From: Mustelus asterias
Lineage: Eukaryota
DNA: 64,000 nt
Direction of reading: 5' to 3'
NCBI RefSeq assembly: GCF_964213995.1
Contig: NW_027590117.1
Span: 868,001 to 932,000 of the forward strand
A model generated the notes under the pieces. It made no database searches and was not told the DNA's origin. It was given only the letters and a program-made list of their open reading frames with translations. The position numbers and the translations under genes were made by a program. Positions 11,587-25,729 of the stretch are shown here, piece by piece. Each line of letters starts with the position of its first letter. Position 1 is the first letter of the stretch.

Positions 11587-14297
11587 ATGATGTGGAGATG
11601 CCGGCGTTGGACTGGGGTAAACACAGTAAGAAGTTTAACAACACCAGGTTAAATTCCAACAGGTTTATTTGGTAGCAAAAGCCACACAAGCTTTCAGAGC
11701 TCCAAGCCCCTTCTTCAGGTGAGTGGGAATTCTGTTCACAAACAGGGCATATAAACACACAAACTCAATTTACATGAATAATGGTTGGAATGCGAATACT
11801 TACAACTAATCAAGTCTTTAAGAAACAAAACAATGTGAGTGGAGAGAGCATCAAGACAGGCTAAAAAGATGTGTATTGTCTCCAGACAAGACAGCCAGTG
11901 AAACTCTGTGGGGGTTACAAATAGTGTGACATGAACCCAATATCCCGGTTGAGGCCGTCCGCGTGTGTGCGGAACTTGGCTATCAGTTTCTGCTCAGCGA
12001 CTCTGCGCCGTCGTGTGTCGCGAAGGCCGCCTTGGAGAACGCTTACCCGAATATCAGAGGCCGAATGCCCGTGACCGCTGAAGTGCTCCCCAACAGGAAG
12101 AGAACAGTCTTGCCTGGCGATTGTCGAGCGGTGTTCATTCATCCGTTGTCGCAGCGTCTGCATAGTTTCCCCAATGTACCATGCCGCGGGACATCCTTTC
12201 TTGCAGCGTATCAGGTAGACAACGTTGGCCGAGTTGCAAGTGTAAGTACCGTGTACCTGGTGGATGGTGTTCTCACGTGAGATGATGGCATCTGTGTCGA
12301 TGATCCGGCACGTCTTGCAGAGGTTGCTGTGGCAGGGTTGTGTGGTGTCATGGTCAGTGTTCTCCTGAAGGCTGGGTAGTTTGCTGCGGACAATGGTCTG
12401 TTTGAGGTTGTGCGGTTGTTTGAAGGCAAGAAGTGGGGGTGTGGGGATGGCCTTGGCGAGATGTTCGTCTTCATCAATGACATGTTGAAGGCTCCGGAGG
12501 GGATGCCGTAGCTTCTCCGCTCCGGGGAAGTACTGGACAACGAAGGGTACTCTGTCCACTGTGTCCCGTGTTTGTCTTCTGAGGAGGTCGGTGCGGTTTT
12601 TCGCTGTGGCACGTTGGAACTGTTGATTAATGAGTCGAGCGCCATATCCTGTTCTTATGAGGGCATCTTTCAGCGTCTGGAGGTGTCTGTTGCGATCCTT
12701 CTCATCCGAGCAGATCCTGTGTATACGGAGGGTTTCTCCATAGGGGATGGCTTCTTTAACGTGTTTAGGGTGGAAGCTGGAGAAGTGGAGCATCGTGAGG
12801 TTATTCGTGGTACTTGCAGTACAGTGAGGTGCTGAGGTGACCGTCCTTAATGGAGATGCGTGTGTCCAAGAATGCAACCGATTCCGGAGAGTAGTCTATG
12901 GTGAGTCTGATGGTGGGATGGAACTTGTTGATGTCATCATAGAGTTGTTTCAGTGATTGTTCACCATGAGTCCAAAGGAAGAAAATGTCATCGATGTATC
13001 TAGTGTATAGCATCGGTTGAAGGTCCCGTGCGGTGAAGAAGTCTTGTTCGAACCTGTGCATGAAGATGTTGGCATATTGAGATGCGAATTTGGTCCCCAT
13101 GGCTGTTCCGTGTGTCTGGATGAAGAACTGGTTGTTGAAGGTGAAGATATTGTGGTCCAGGATGAAGCGGGTGAGATGTAAAATTGCATCTGGAAACTGG
13201 CAGTTGTTGGCGCTGAGCACTGAGGCCGTTGCAGCAATGCCATCGTCATGGGGGATGCTGGTGTAGAGTGCCGAGACATCCATTGTGACGAGGAGCACTC
13301 CTGGTTCAACTGCTCCATGTGTGCCGAGTTTCTGTGGGAAGTCCGTCGTGTCGCGACAAAAGCTGGGGGTTCTTTGTACAATGGGTTTCAGGATGCCCTC
13401 GACATAGCCGGAGAGGTTCTCGCACAGGGTCCCATTGCCCGATACGATGGGACGGCCGGGTGTGTTTGCCTTGTGTATCTTCGGGAGGCAGTAGAGATCT
13501 CCAACGCGGGGAGTACGTGGGATGAGAGCACGGAGCGTGTTCTGAAGGTCCGGATCAAAGGTCTTGATCAGAGTGTTGAGTTGCCGGGTGTGTTCTTTGG
13601 TCGGATCTGCAGGTAACTGTCTGTAGTGTTCCTCGTTGTTTCGTTGTCGGTACACTTCTTTGCAGTAATCCGTTCCGTTCAGTATGACGATGGCCCCTTC
13701 TTTGTCTGCTGGTTTGATGACAATTTTGCGGTTGGTCTTGAGAGCGTGGATGGCGTTACGTTGTGCTTGGCTGATGTTCGGGGCTGTCTTGTGAGTGCGG
13801 CTGATGAATTTGGTGCTGACGCACCTCCTGACGGCTGAGGAGAGGTCACGGGCATTCGGCCTCTGATATTCGGGTAAGCGTTCTCCAAGGCGGCCTTCGC
13901 GACACACGACGGCGCAGAGTCGCTGAGCAGAAACTGATAGCCAAGTTCCGCACACACGAGGACGGCCTCAACCGGTATATTGGGTTCATGGCACACTATT
14001 TGTAACCCCCACAAAGTTTCACTGGCTGTCTTGTCTGGAGACAATACACATCTTTTTAGCCTGTCTTGATGCTCTCTCCACTCACATTGTTTTGTTTCTT
14101 AAAGACTTGATTAGTTGTAAGTATTCGCATTCCAACCATTATTCATGTAAATTGAGTTTGTGTCTTTATATGCTCTGTTTGTGAACAGAATTCCCACTCA
14201 CCTGAAGAAGGGGCTTGCAACTCCGAAAGCTTGTGTGGCTTTTGCTACCAAATAAACCTGTTGGACTTTAACCTGGTGTTGTTAAACTTCTTACTGT
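11587..14297 (-). mobile_element. Penelope-like retroelement (RT + GIY-YIG), 5'-truncated, frameshift near 12810, with inverted 3'-end copy
   Basis: RT motifs TMDVSALYTSIP, GTAMG, YIDD in ORF 12801-13955; GIY-YIG WYIGET in ORF 11915-12877; inverted arms 11623-12076 and 13844-14297. Confidence 0.95.
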
Positions 14298-15069
14298 CTT
14301 TATTGCCATACAGTGCGAAGCACAGAGGCACAGCATTAAAACAAGAACAGCAACAGCATCAGACAATACAAAGATAGAAATCACACTATATTTCTGACAA
14401 GTTTTCCAAAAGTCACTACGTTTTCAGCATTCACCATCAAAATCTGGTAAAGCATTTGAAATATCAACAACTCTATGTGGGGAAAACAAATTGTGAATAT
14501 CGTCGCATGAACCAAATTTCTGTACTTTATACTGATGCCCACCCAAAATACAGTAGCTGCGAATAACTATCTTTTGAAGCTTGGGTAATAAGGCCATGTA
14601 TCAATTTATAATATTGAACTAAACGATAAATCAGCCTTCTCTCAACATTGCAATTCAAGAATCCTTAATCCTTCATCAGGTATTCCCCTCATGCCTTCCA
14701 TTTTCCTGGTTACATATCATTGCACCCTCTCTATCAGCTGAATATCTCTTTGAAAGTGTGGGTTCCAAAGTATGGGTGCAGTCTCCAGATGTGGGCATAC
14801 CAGCTGCTTATAGAGTTTCAGATCTTGGGTTCAACTCCAGTTTACTCCTCACTCCCTTGGTTCCTTAAGAAACCAAAATTTGTCTAACTCAGCCTTAACT
14901 GCAATAGAATCCCTCCAGTGCAGTTGGAGGCCATTTGGCCCATTGAGTCTGCACCGACTCTCTGAGACACCATCCCACGCAGAACCTGTCTCAGTAACCC
15001 CACATATTTATCCTGCTAATCCCCTGAACTGATACATTTGGGAAACAATGGGTACCATGCGGTACCTTA

Positions 15070-16225
15070 ACAAGGTACCGCAAGGTAGGTTGTTGCATGA
15101 GTTTAAATCTCATGGGATCTAGGGTGAGGTATCTTAATGAATACAAAATTGGCTTCTTGACAGAAGCCAGAGGGCTTGTAGAGGGTTGTTTTTTAAACTG
15201 GAGTCCAGTGACCAGCGGTGTGCCTCAGGGATCAGTGCTGGGTCCCCTGTTATTTGTCATTTATATTAATGATTTGGATGAGAATATAGGAGGAATGGTT
15301 AGTAAGTGCAGATGACACCAAGATTGGCGGCATAGTGGACAGTGAGGAAAGTTATCTCCAATTGTAAAGGGATCTTGATCAATTGGGCCAGTGGGCTGAT
15401 GAATGGCAGATGGAGTTTAATGTAGACAAATGCAAGGTGACGCATTTTGGTAGATTGAACCAGGGCAGACTTACCAAGTTCATGGCAGAGCATTGGGGAG
15501 AGATGCAGAACAAAGAGATCGAGGGGTACATGTTCATAGCTCCTTGAAAGTGGAGTCACAGGTGGACAGAGTGGTGAAGAAGGCATTTGGCATGCTTGGT
15601 TTCATCGGTCAGAACATTGAATACAGGAGTTGGGACGTCTTGTTGAAGTCGTACAAGATATTGGTAAGGCCACACTTGGAATACTGTGTACAGTTCTAGT
15701 CACTATTATAGAAAGGATATTATTAAACTAGAAAGCATGCAGAAAAGATTTACTAGGATGCTACCGGGACTTGATGGTTTGAGTTTTAAGGCGAGGCTGG
15801 ATAGACTGGGAATTTTTTCTCTGGACGTAGGAGGCTGAGGGGTGACCTTATAGAGATCTATAAAATAATGAGGGGGACAGATCAGCGAGATCTTTTCCCA
15901 AAGGTTCGGGAGTCGAATGCGAGAGGGCACAGGTTTAAGGTGAGAGGGGAGAGATACAAAAGTGTCCAGAGGGACAATTGTTTTACACAGAGGGTGGTGA
16001 GTGTCTGGAACAAGCTGCCAGAGGTAGTAGTAGAGGTGGGTACAATTTTGTCTTTTAAAATGCATTTCGACAGTTACATGGGTAAGATGGGTATAGAGGG
16101 ATATGGGCCAAACGCAGGGATGTGGGCCAAATGCAGGCAATTGGGATTCGCTTCGTTGTTTAAAAAAAAAGGGCGGCATGGACAAGTTGGACCGAAGGAC
16201 CTGTTTCCATGGCGTAAACCTCTCT
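15070..16225 (+). mobile_element. CR1-type LINE 3' ~1.1 kb, degenerate
   Basis: SGVPQGSVLGPLLFVIYINDL, VRPHLEYCVQF; stops and frameshifts. Confidence 0.9.
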
Positions 16226-16414
16226 GACTCGGAACCCATTCGGCCTATCTTGTCCATGCCAGCCCGAGGCCACCCTTTCCAAACTCACCTTCCTGCACCC
16301 GGCCCGGAGCCATGCAGCTGAAAGCATCATGGCGATCGAAATACTTCACACCAAAAAATCGGTAGGTTTTTTGGTTATCTGAAATAGCGGAAGTAAACAC
16401 TTCACAATCATAAC

Positions 16415-16496
16415 CGCTGCGAGCAGGGCTCAAACCTGCGCGGGGAAACACCATTAGATTTCAAGTCCAACACCTTAACCACTCGGCCATCACAGC
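16415..16496 (-). tRNA. tRNA-Ser(TGA), B-box mutated, likely pseudogene
   Basis: rc GCTGTGATGGCCGAGTGGTTAAGGTGTTGGACTTGAAATCT..GGTTTGAGCCCTGCTCGCAGCG. Confidence 0.8.
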
Positions 16497-16826
16497 TGCG
16501 CATTTCTCTAAATAATGTAACCTCAGTAATGTTCATATTAACTTCTATCAAGTACCGGGATTGTGCAGAGCACAGTGTGTGAGCTGAAATGTGTTCCTCT
16601 GCCGTTACTTTGTATCTTTGTCTCGAACGGAGAACTCATTTGATGTCAGAGATTTGTTTTCCTATTTCAATATTTTTTCATGAGAAACGAATTACGTCCG
16701 AATAGAAAAAAATAAAAACTGATACGTCTATTTTAATTCACTATTGTCAAATGTTGCGTTCGCCCTGTTTTTGTCCACTCGGTTTAAAACAATATTCGCG
16801 GTAAAGGTTCTAAAATAGACTATGAA

Positions 16827-16898
16827 TGCGATGGCCGGGAATCGAACCCGGGTCAACTGCTGGGAAGGCAGCTATGCTCACCACTCTACCACCATCGC
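16827..16898 (-). tRNA. tRNA-Gly(TCC)
   Basis: rc GCGATGGTGGTAGAGTGGTGAGCATAGCTGCCTTCCCAGCAGTTGACCCGGGTTCGATTCCCGGCCATCGCA; intact B-box, atypical C37. Confidence 0.85.
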
Positions 16899-18483
16899 TC
16901 ACTCTGCTGAAATAATCGTTATTTTAATCAGTTGTAATTACGGAACTACCTGAGTTGCTGATTTCATCACGCACCAGGTGTGTCCATGGCACAGTTTGGA
17001 AACTGAACTTGGCTTGTCTCGTTTTTCTGGACAGTTCAATTTATCTTTTTACTGTTGTTTCTGACTGAGAACTCATTGTTTAATTTTGAGGCCTGTTCTT
17101 TCATTTAAACAACTGAAAGCAAACTGAAGCTTGATTTTCCATTTGAAATCTTTAGTGAATTTTATTTTAGGAGTGCCCACCTACTGTTGTGACATGCGAT
17201 AGCTAATTAAATAAATCACCACTGTGATGGTCAGGAACTGACGTTTGTTCAAATGCTCGCCCAGTCACCACTCAACCACCATCGTTCACCTGACTGTGCC
17301 ACTCCCTCAGTGAGAAAGTCCAGCTCTGACAATGAATCTGGTTCCCTCCAGGCCCAATCGGAGGATGGTCAGAAACTGTCTGTCGCTGTTAGAAACTCCA
17401 TTATCAGCGAGTGGGGGATTATTATTTCACTGGCTGTCACTGGGTGTTGAGGTTGTGATTTATTGTTACCTGTCAGTGCAGGAGAAACAAATGAAACAGG
17501 AAATCTAGAGACTCCAAGAGCAGATAATTTGTATTTCATCGTAAACAAACACAGTGATGTCAGCAATCACTGTAATAACTGGGGGGGGGGGGGGCAGATA
17601 TGATTGGCTCTGGCCGCTGAATCTGGTTAACAGATATGGCCGTACACCACATGGACTGCAGCGGTTCCAGAAGGCAGCTCACCACCACCTTCCCAAGGGC
17701 AATTAGGGATGGGCAATAAATGCTGACCCAGACAGCGACACTCACATTCCATGAATGAATTCAAAGACAATCTGTGGGGAGCGGGCTTCAGAGTGTTTAA
17801 CAGTTACTGAGGTGAAAAACTAACTAACCACCTGGGATCCGGAGCAAAGGCCGGAAGGAGGAGAAATTCCGTCCAGGGACCTTACAGTTGGTGAAAGTTT
17901 TGTCCTGTGAATGTGTAGATGTGAATATTGTGTAAGAGAGAGTGTATGAAAGGAGCGGGCGGGTCAGACGAATGCAACTGTGTTTGTGTGTCTGTTCTGA
18001 TCATGAGATCTCCGAGTCTCTCTTGTGTAAATAAAACAACTTTTCAATCAAAGATTCCCGCTAAACCCGCTGCTGAGCCCCAAAGTTAGATTTCAAGGCA
18101 AATGGTTCGCTAAATTCAAGATTTCAGTGGAAAAGTAGAGAACATGTCAGCTATCGGGTGTGAGAGCGCGATCAGTGCAGCAGTAAAACGGGTTTCAGTC
18201 GAAAATGGAGTCCTCAATTCGAGTGAAACCTTTTCAACAGCAAACATTCGTATGTCAGAGACATGAAGGATGTGAGCTGGATCTCTGGAGAGGCGGAATT
18301 TCATTGCAAGGGGAGAGTTTGTGAGGAGAGAGAGACACAGAGAGTCTGGAGGAGCCGGGAGCTGACAGCAGCTTGTCTCTGCTCCGTCCGCTCTCTGCCT
18401 TTAAGTTGCTCTGTGCCGCCACCACTGGCTTCATTTCGGATCCAGTTCTGACTGTCACACAGATTTTCCACACATTCCCGGAT

Positions 18484-19149
18484 ATGACTGAAACTGCAGC
18501 CGCCGAAACGGCTCCTCCAGCCGCTCTCGCTCAAGTGAAGTCTCCCAAGAAGAAGAAGGCGGCTCCCCGACCTGCGGCAACCGGTCCCAAGTTGGGGGAG
18601 CAGATCCTCACGGTTGTGGCGGGATGCAGCGATCGCAATGGGATGTCCCTGGCCGCGATAAAGAAAGCTTTGGCTGGCAGCGGAGTGGATGTGGGGAAGC
18701 GCGTCTCCCAGATCAGGTTAACTATCAAGAGGAAGGTGGAGACAGGGTCTCTGGTGCAGACAAAGGGACAGGGCGCCTCCGGCTCCTTCAAACTCGCTCA
18801 GAAGGAAAGCCCGGGGAAAATGGGAAAGAAGGTGAAGAAACCAACAGCCAAGAAGTCTTTAGTGAAGAAAACAGCGTCCAAGAAGGTGACAACAAAGAAA
18901 GCAGCAGCCAAGAAACCCGCAGCCAAGAAACCCGCAGCAAAGAAAACTCCAGTGAAGAAATCAACAGTGAAGAAAACAAGCAGCAAGAAGGCGGCAACTC
19001 CAAAAAAGGCGGTGAAGAAAGCAGCCCTGAAGAAAAAGACTCCTGTGAAGAAGGTGACGGGCGGAAAGTCTGTCAAAAAAGTGACTAAATCGAAGGCCAA
19101 ACCCAAAGTGAAAGCAGCAAAAGCGAAGAAAGCGTCAGGAAAGAAGTGA
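18484..19149 (+). CDS. H1: Histone H1 (replication-dependent), 221 aa
   Basis: MTETAAAETAPPAA..., globular domain MSLAAIKKAL..LVQTKGQGASGSFKL, Lys/Ala/Pro-rich tail, 3' stem-loop. Confidence 0.95.
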   Translation: MTETAAAETAPPAALAQVKSPKKKKAAPRPAATGPKLGEQILTVVAGCSDRNGMSLAAIKKALAGSGVDVGKRVSQIRLTIKRKVETGSLVQTKGQGASGSFKLAQKESPGKMGKKVKKPTAKKSLVKKTASKKVTTKKAAAKKPAAKKPAAKKTPVKKSTVKKTSSKKAATPKKAVKKAALKKKTPVKKVTGGKSVKKVTKSKAKPKVKAAKAKKASGKK

Positions 19150-19185
19150 AACAACCCGAGCAAATTGTAAACCTCTGAACCCAAA

Positions 19186-19226
19186 GGCTCTTCTCAGAGC
19201 CACCCACATCTCTCAGGAAAGAGCTG
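19186..19226 (+). terminator. Histone 3' stem-loop and U7 downstream element (H1)
   Basis: GGCTCT TCTC AGAGCC ACCCA, then GAAAGAGCTG. Confidence 0.9.
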
Positions 19227-19429
19227 ATCCCGCAAGAAAATGATTCCTGCCCCGCGGCCCGGCTCATTCTCAATAGAGATCATTTCAAATTCGGAAGAAA
19301 GCAAAACACAACAGAGGCTGAATTTCATTTGAATTTGACATTTGTTCAATCGCCACTTTCTCTCATAATAAAGATTCAGTGTGAGACAGTAACACTGGCG
19401 GCTAAATACCGCATTCCCGCCACATTTTT

Positions 19430-19685
19430 AACCGAATCCCTGCAGTGCAGAGGGAGGCCAATCGTCCCATCGAGTCTGCACCGACCTCAATCCCACCCAG
19501 TCCGGATCCCCATCACCGTATTTATTGACCCGACACTCCGGTGCAATTTTGCATGGCCAATCGACCTGGCACGCACTTTGGTGTGCGGGAGGAAACCGGA
19601 GAAAGCCCAAGGAGAATGTGCAAACTCCACACAGACAGTGATCTCAGCCGGGAATCGAACCCAGATGCCTGGCGCTGTGAGACGG
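19430..19685 (-). mobile_element. V-SINE
   Basis: GGGAATCGAACCC and TGCAAACTCCACACAGACAGTG motifs. Confidence 0.75.
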
Positions 19686-19706
19686 CAATTCTTAGCCAAA
19701 AATCAA

Positions 19707-19789
19707 TGTCAGGAGTGGGATTTGAACCCACGCCTCCAGAGGAAACTGCGACCTGAACGCAGCACCTTAGACCGCTCGGCCATCCTGAC
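19707..19789 (-). tRNA. tRNA-Leu(CAG)
   Basis: rc GTCAGGATGGCCGAGCGGTCTAAGGTGCTGCGTTCAGGTCGCAG..GGTTCAAATCCCACTCCTGACA followed by TTTTT terminator. Confidence 0.9.
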
Positions 19790-19949
19790 TCCCTTAATTG
19801 TCACACAGGAGATTGCCCCAAACAGCTTCAATAAAGTGTTTGCAAACAGCGAGAAGCAGATGTGTGTGAGGATGTTCCTGAGGAAGATTCTTGCGATAGA
19901 ATCGACTGTGTTTAGGTCGGAATATTACTGACTGGGAATTATTACGGGA

Positions 19950-20722
19950 TTACGCCTGTCTTGATGCTCTCTCCACTCACGTTGTTTTGTTTCTTAACAT
20001 GACACCACACAACCCTGCCACAGCAATCTCTGCAAGACGTGCCGGATCATCGACACGGATGCCATCATCTCACGTGAGAACACCATCCACCAGGTACACG
20101 GTACATACTCTTGCAACTCGGCCAACGTTGTCTACCTGTTACGCTGCAAGAAAGGATGTCCCGAGGAATGGTACATTGGGGAAACTGCAGACGCTGCGAC
20201 AACGGATGAATGAACACCGCTCGACAATCACCAGGCAAGACTGTTCTCTTCCTGTTGGGGAGCACTTCAGCGGTCACGGGCATTCGGCCTCTGATATTCG
20301 GGTAAGCGTTCTCCAAGGTGGCCTTCGCGACACACGACGGCGCAGAGTCACTGAGCAGAAACTGATAGCCAAGTTCCGCACACACGGGGACGGCCTCAAC
20401 CGGGATATTGGGTTCATGTCACACTATTTGTAACCCCCACAGAGTTTCACTGGCTGTCTTGTCTGGAGACAATACACATCTTTTTAGCCTGTCTTGATGC
20501 TCTCTCCACTCACATTGTTTTGTTTCTTAAAGACTTGATTAGTTGTAAGTATTCGCATTCCAACCATTATTCATGTAAATTGAGTTTGTGTCTTTATATG
20601 CTCTGTTTGTGAACAGAATTCCCACTCACCTGAAGAAGGGGCTTGGAGCTCCGAAAGCTTGTGTGGCTTTTGCTACCAAATAAACCTGTTGGACTTTAAC
20701 CTGGTGTTCTTAAACTTCTTAC
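19950..20722 (+). mobile_element. Penelope 3' fragment with 13-bp TSD
   Basis: GIY-YIG C-terminus; AATTATTACGGGA at 19937-19949 and 20723-20735. Confidence 0.9.
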
Positions 20723-21094
20723 AATTATTACGGGACCAGGTTTAAAAACACAAAAGGACAAAGTCACGACCCGAAACGTTAACTCTGTCTCTCTCTCTCT
20801 CTTCACAAAAGCTGCCGGAGCTGCTGATTATTTGCAGCATTTTCTGTTTTGATTCCACATTTCAAAGCTCCGGGTTTGTGGAAACTCTTGAGTGTGAAGG
20901 GCGGCTCTGGAAGTATTTGAGTGGGGAGCTGTGTTTCGCTTCCATTGTTCATAAACGGGTTGAAATTGGCGGTGCAGAAACTGGAGGTGGAGCTGAAAGA
21001 TCAGGGGCCGTTCTGTGTGTGTGTGTCAGTCCGGCTCTCTCCTCCCTCCCGCTCTGTGTTTAATCTTCACTCTGTCTCCTCCCCTCTCTGCTCT

Positions 21095-21140
21095 CACTCC
21101 GCCTTTCTCAGTCAGGTCGGGGCGGGCTGTATAAAAGGAG
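21095..21140 (+). promoter_or_regulatory. H4 promoter (site II-like TCAGGTCG, GC box, TATA)
   Basis: CTTTCTCAGTCAGGTCGGGGCGGG..TATAAAA ~60 bp before ATG. Confidence 0.65.
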
Positions 21141-21181
21141 CCTGAAAGATTTCCTCTCATATTGTGCAGAGATCTAAGTGA

Positions 21182-21502
<321 letters not shown>

Positions 21503-21536
21503 ACAACTCGACCCTTTCTACCGAACACGCAACAAA

Positions 21537-21552
21537 GGCTCTTTTAAGAGCC
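21537..21552 (+). terminator. Histone 3' stem-loop (H4)
   Basis: GGCTCT TTTA AGAGCC; purine-rich element downstream. Confidence 0.9.
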
Positions 21553-22730
21553 AAGAACCGCTTCACAGAGAGAGCAGTGACAAGGGGACGGGGGCTGGGA
21601 CAGGCTGTTCAGTGTTTGAGATGCATGTTTGTTTTGTTTAGGTTAGTGTGGGAATCACCGAATTTAACATTTCATTTGGAGCAGCGATGCGGATTGTTTT
21701 TGAAGTTTTTAAGTGGATTGTCGAAGCAGCACCCAGTTGACATGTGCCCTCAGTGAAAAGCCACATCACTCCTGTTTAATTACTCAATGTTTGCATAGAG
21801 TTTATAAAAGCTTTCTCTGGAATAGCGGAGTTTAGTAGCAGCAGCCGGTGAATCGTTCACTGGAACCAGTCTCAGTTCTGATGCTATTTGCCCCCAGACG
21901 GTTGTTTCCTGCACTGAAACTGACGCTTTGTGAAACTGATCAGTTTCCGCTCAGTCATTCACAAACCCGCAATTCCCGCAGTTTGAGCCGCTCCAACCCC
22001 AGCCTGCTTCTGATTGGCCATCCTCTCCACATTCACAGCTCTGAACCAATCGCAGAGCATCGAATGTGAACATTGAGCCAATCATTGGCTTCAACTGTCA
22101 ACCAGCAGAAATTTTGAATTGGGGGAAATGCCGCCAATTTCAGCGCGGGAAAGGGAATTGAGACAAATTCTTAACTTATTAAAAATAGATTCTCAATTAA
22201 TATTCTGCTGTAAGATTATTTTACAAAGAGGTTTCATTTGTGAACATTTGTCCGCCACGGGCGGCAAACGGCTCTATTCAGTCATGTCAAACGGGACAAA
22301 TATGAAGTCACTCTGTAACAAACAACAGACTCAACCCCTTTCACACCGGCTTGAGGGAGACACAGAGAAGCAACAGATTTCTGATCCTTTCCCCCGAAAA
22401 CGGCAGCGAATGTTACAAGCGACAGGGGAGGGGGAATCTGAATGGGCTGGAGAGGAAAGGGACAGGGATCGAGTGGAACAGCGGGAGATTCTGGGAATGA
22501 ACAGCCCAGAGAGCGGGAAAAGGGTCTAAAGCACTAAGTGGAGGGAGATGGACTTCAAATCTTCAATGTTTCTGGGAATTATCTTATTAAGGACGGAATG
22601 AAGACTTATTTTATACAAACGGTTATTTCCTGCACAGAAAACGGCGGAATTTCTGAAAGGGGCGGTTAAGAAAACAACTGAACCAATCAGAACCTGAGTT
22701 ACAGACATTAATTCCCTGGTCAGAGTTTGA

Positions 22731-23348
<618 letters not shown>

Positions 23349-23994
23349 CGATTCCCGTGTTTGAATTCCCAGGACAGAATATTCCCAGGACTCCAATACT
23401 GAAAACTCTCAATGTTACAATTAACCCTCCGTGGCATTGAGGTCATTCATATCTCCAATCCTTTGATAGTTAGAGTAAAAACCATGCCGTTAACAATTCT
23501 ACCACAATTTAATTTTATAGTTTTATTAAACCTGCGATCATTTCAGTTTCCGAGCAATAATTCCGCAAATCCACTTTCTCCGCACGTGTTTCGAGTCGCA
23601 GCGAGTGTTGAAAATTGCGTCAATTGAGTTCAGAATATGAAGCATGTCTCAAACAGTAACCCACTCACACCGATATAGCCATTGCAGGAACGCTTGCACA
23701 TTCGCATAGACAAACATTAACACTTTTCCAGATACAATGACTGGCTCTGAAAACCGATGGGCTGCAGATGAATGTCCTCGCAGATTATCACATTTTAAAG
23801 CAATTATATTGGAAATAGGATCATTTAAGTTCACTGGGATGGTTTCCCCGATAAACAGCAGCAACTTGCATTAAAATACTGTCTGTGTCAACAGTACGGA
23901 TTGATAGAACAAAGCGGGAAACCGCTGTGCTGTGAATAGCAGTGCAGAAACTGACCGATAGACACCAGGTCGCCCTTTTTCAGATAAAGTGAGT

Positions 23995-24010
23995 GGCTCT
24001 GAAAAGAGCC
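23995..24010 (-). terminator. Histone 3' stem-loop (H2A)
   Basis: rc GGCTCTTTTCAGAGCC. Confidence 0.9.
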
Positions 24011-24040
24011 TTTGGGTTATCAGATTAAAGAATGGTCGCT

Positions 24041-24760
<720 letters not shown>

Positions 24761-25729
24761 CTTTAACATTTTCTTTCAATGTGCTTCATTCTCCTATCGC
24801 TTTCTAACTGTCCCGGGCGGGAATCAATCCCTGTTTACAGCATTCCCAGAAGGAAAACACTCCGTTTAGTCTTCAATCAGAACCCAGTGTCCTTCACTGA
24901 AAACAGGGAGCCTGCGCGTTTCCCACGCTTCCTGGGGTGGCTGCTTCCTGTCGTGCCTGTGAGCCGGTGTTAAGTCTGTGGGATCAAGGGTGTAGCTGTA
25001 TCCTGTTTCCGCTTTGGTTGGTGTGTGGGTGGAGGATTTGTTGCCATGGTCACAGTTCCTGCGTCGGCAGTCGGGTCTGAGCGGTCGGGAGTACCGGGTC
25101 GCTGTCAGGCTGCGGTTTGAGTTTGGAGGGTGTTCACACCACACTCTGGCATGGACGGGTTGAAGGCCGGTTGGTGGATGGGGTCTCGCGTCACCGCTGG
25201 GTCCACGTGTTCGGGTTCTCCGGGTCACTGCCAGGACAGGGTCTTCCTTCCGAGGTCAGAGGATCCCTAGTCTTGCAAATAAATTTAAAAGAGCAGTTTT
25301 AGTAATTTTATAAATCTCAGTACATAATCATAATGAACATCCACAAAGGAACCCCAGTGATACAAACATTGTCAATGTGTGACTGCAGTCCTTAGTGTCT
25401 GTGTACGAGATGCATGATCAGTGGCGGTAGGCGCTATGACAATTCAATGACATTCAGATAGAACTGAAACCCTGCACTGCTCCATGAATGGGATAACCGG
25501 ATGGAGCAGAGACATTTGTCATGTTCATATTTCCATTCATTGCTCCCGTGTGATTATCCAGAAAGTAATTAAAACCAAACAGTCTCTGTTTAAAATGTGT
25601 CCATCCTCGTTCTCACCTGGTGCCTGCAAGAGCTGCGCTTTGTCTAACTCCTCACATCCTGACTGTCTGTCTCTGCTTCCAATCTTCACTGTCCAATAAC
25701 AACAAACCAAGGGAGACTGGAACTAGAGT

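Noticed and set aside
16855-16870. Gly anticodon switch to CCC
   Set aside because: Stem register gives loop CTTCCCA, so anticodon TCC with C37
18373-18483. N-terminally extended H1 (likewise H3 from 22731, H2A from 24481)
   Set aside because: ORF-track starts are non-ATG codons in promoter/5' UTR; canonical ATGs lie downstream
18624-19184. Overlapping and antisense ORFs on histone genes
   Set aside because: Expected from biased codon usage; no independent support
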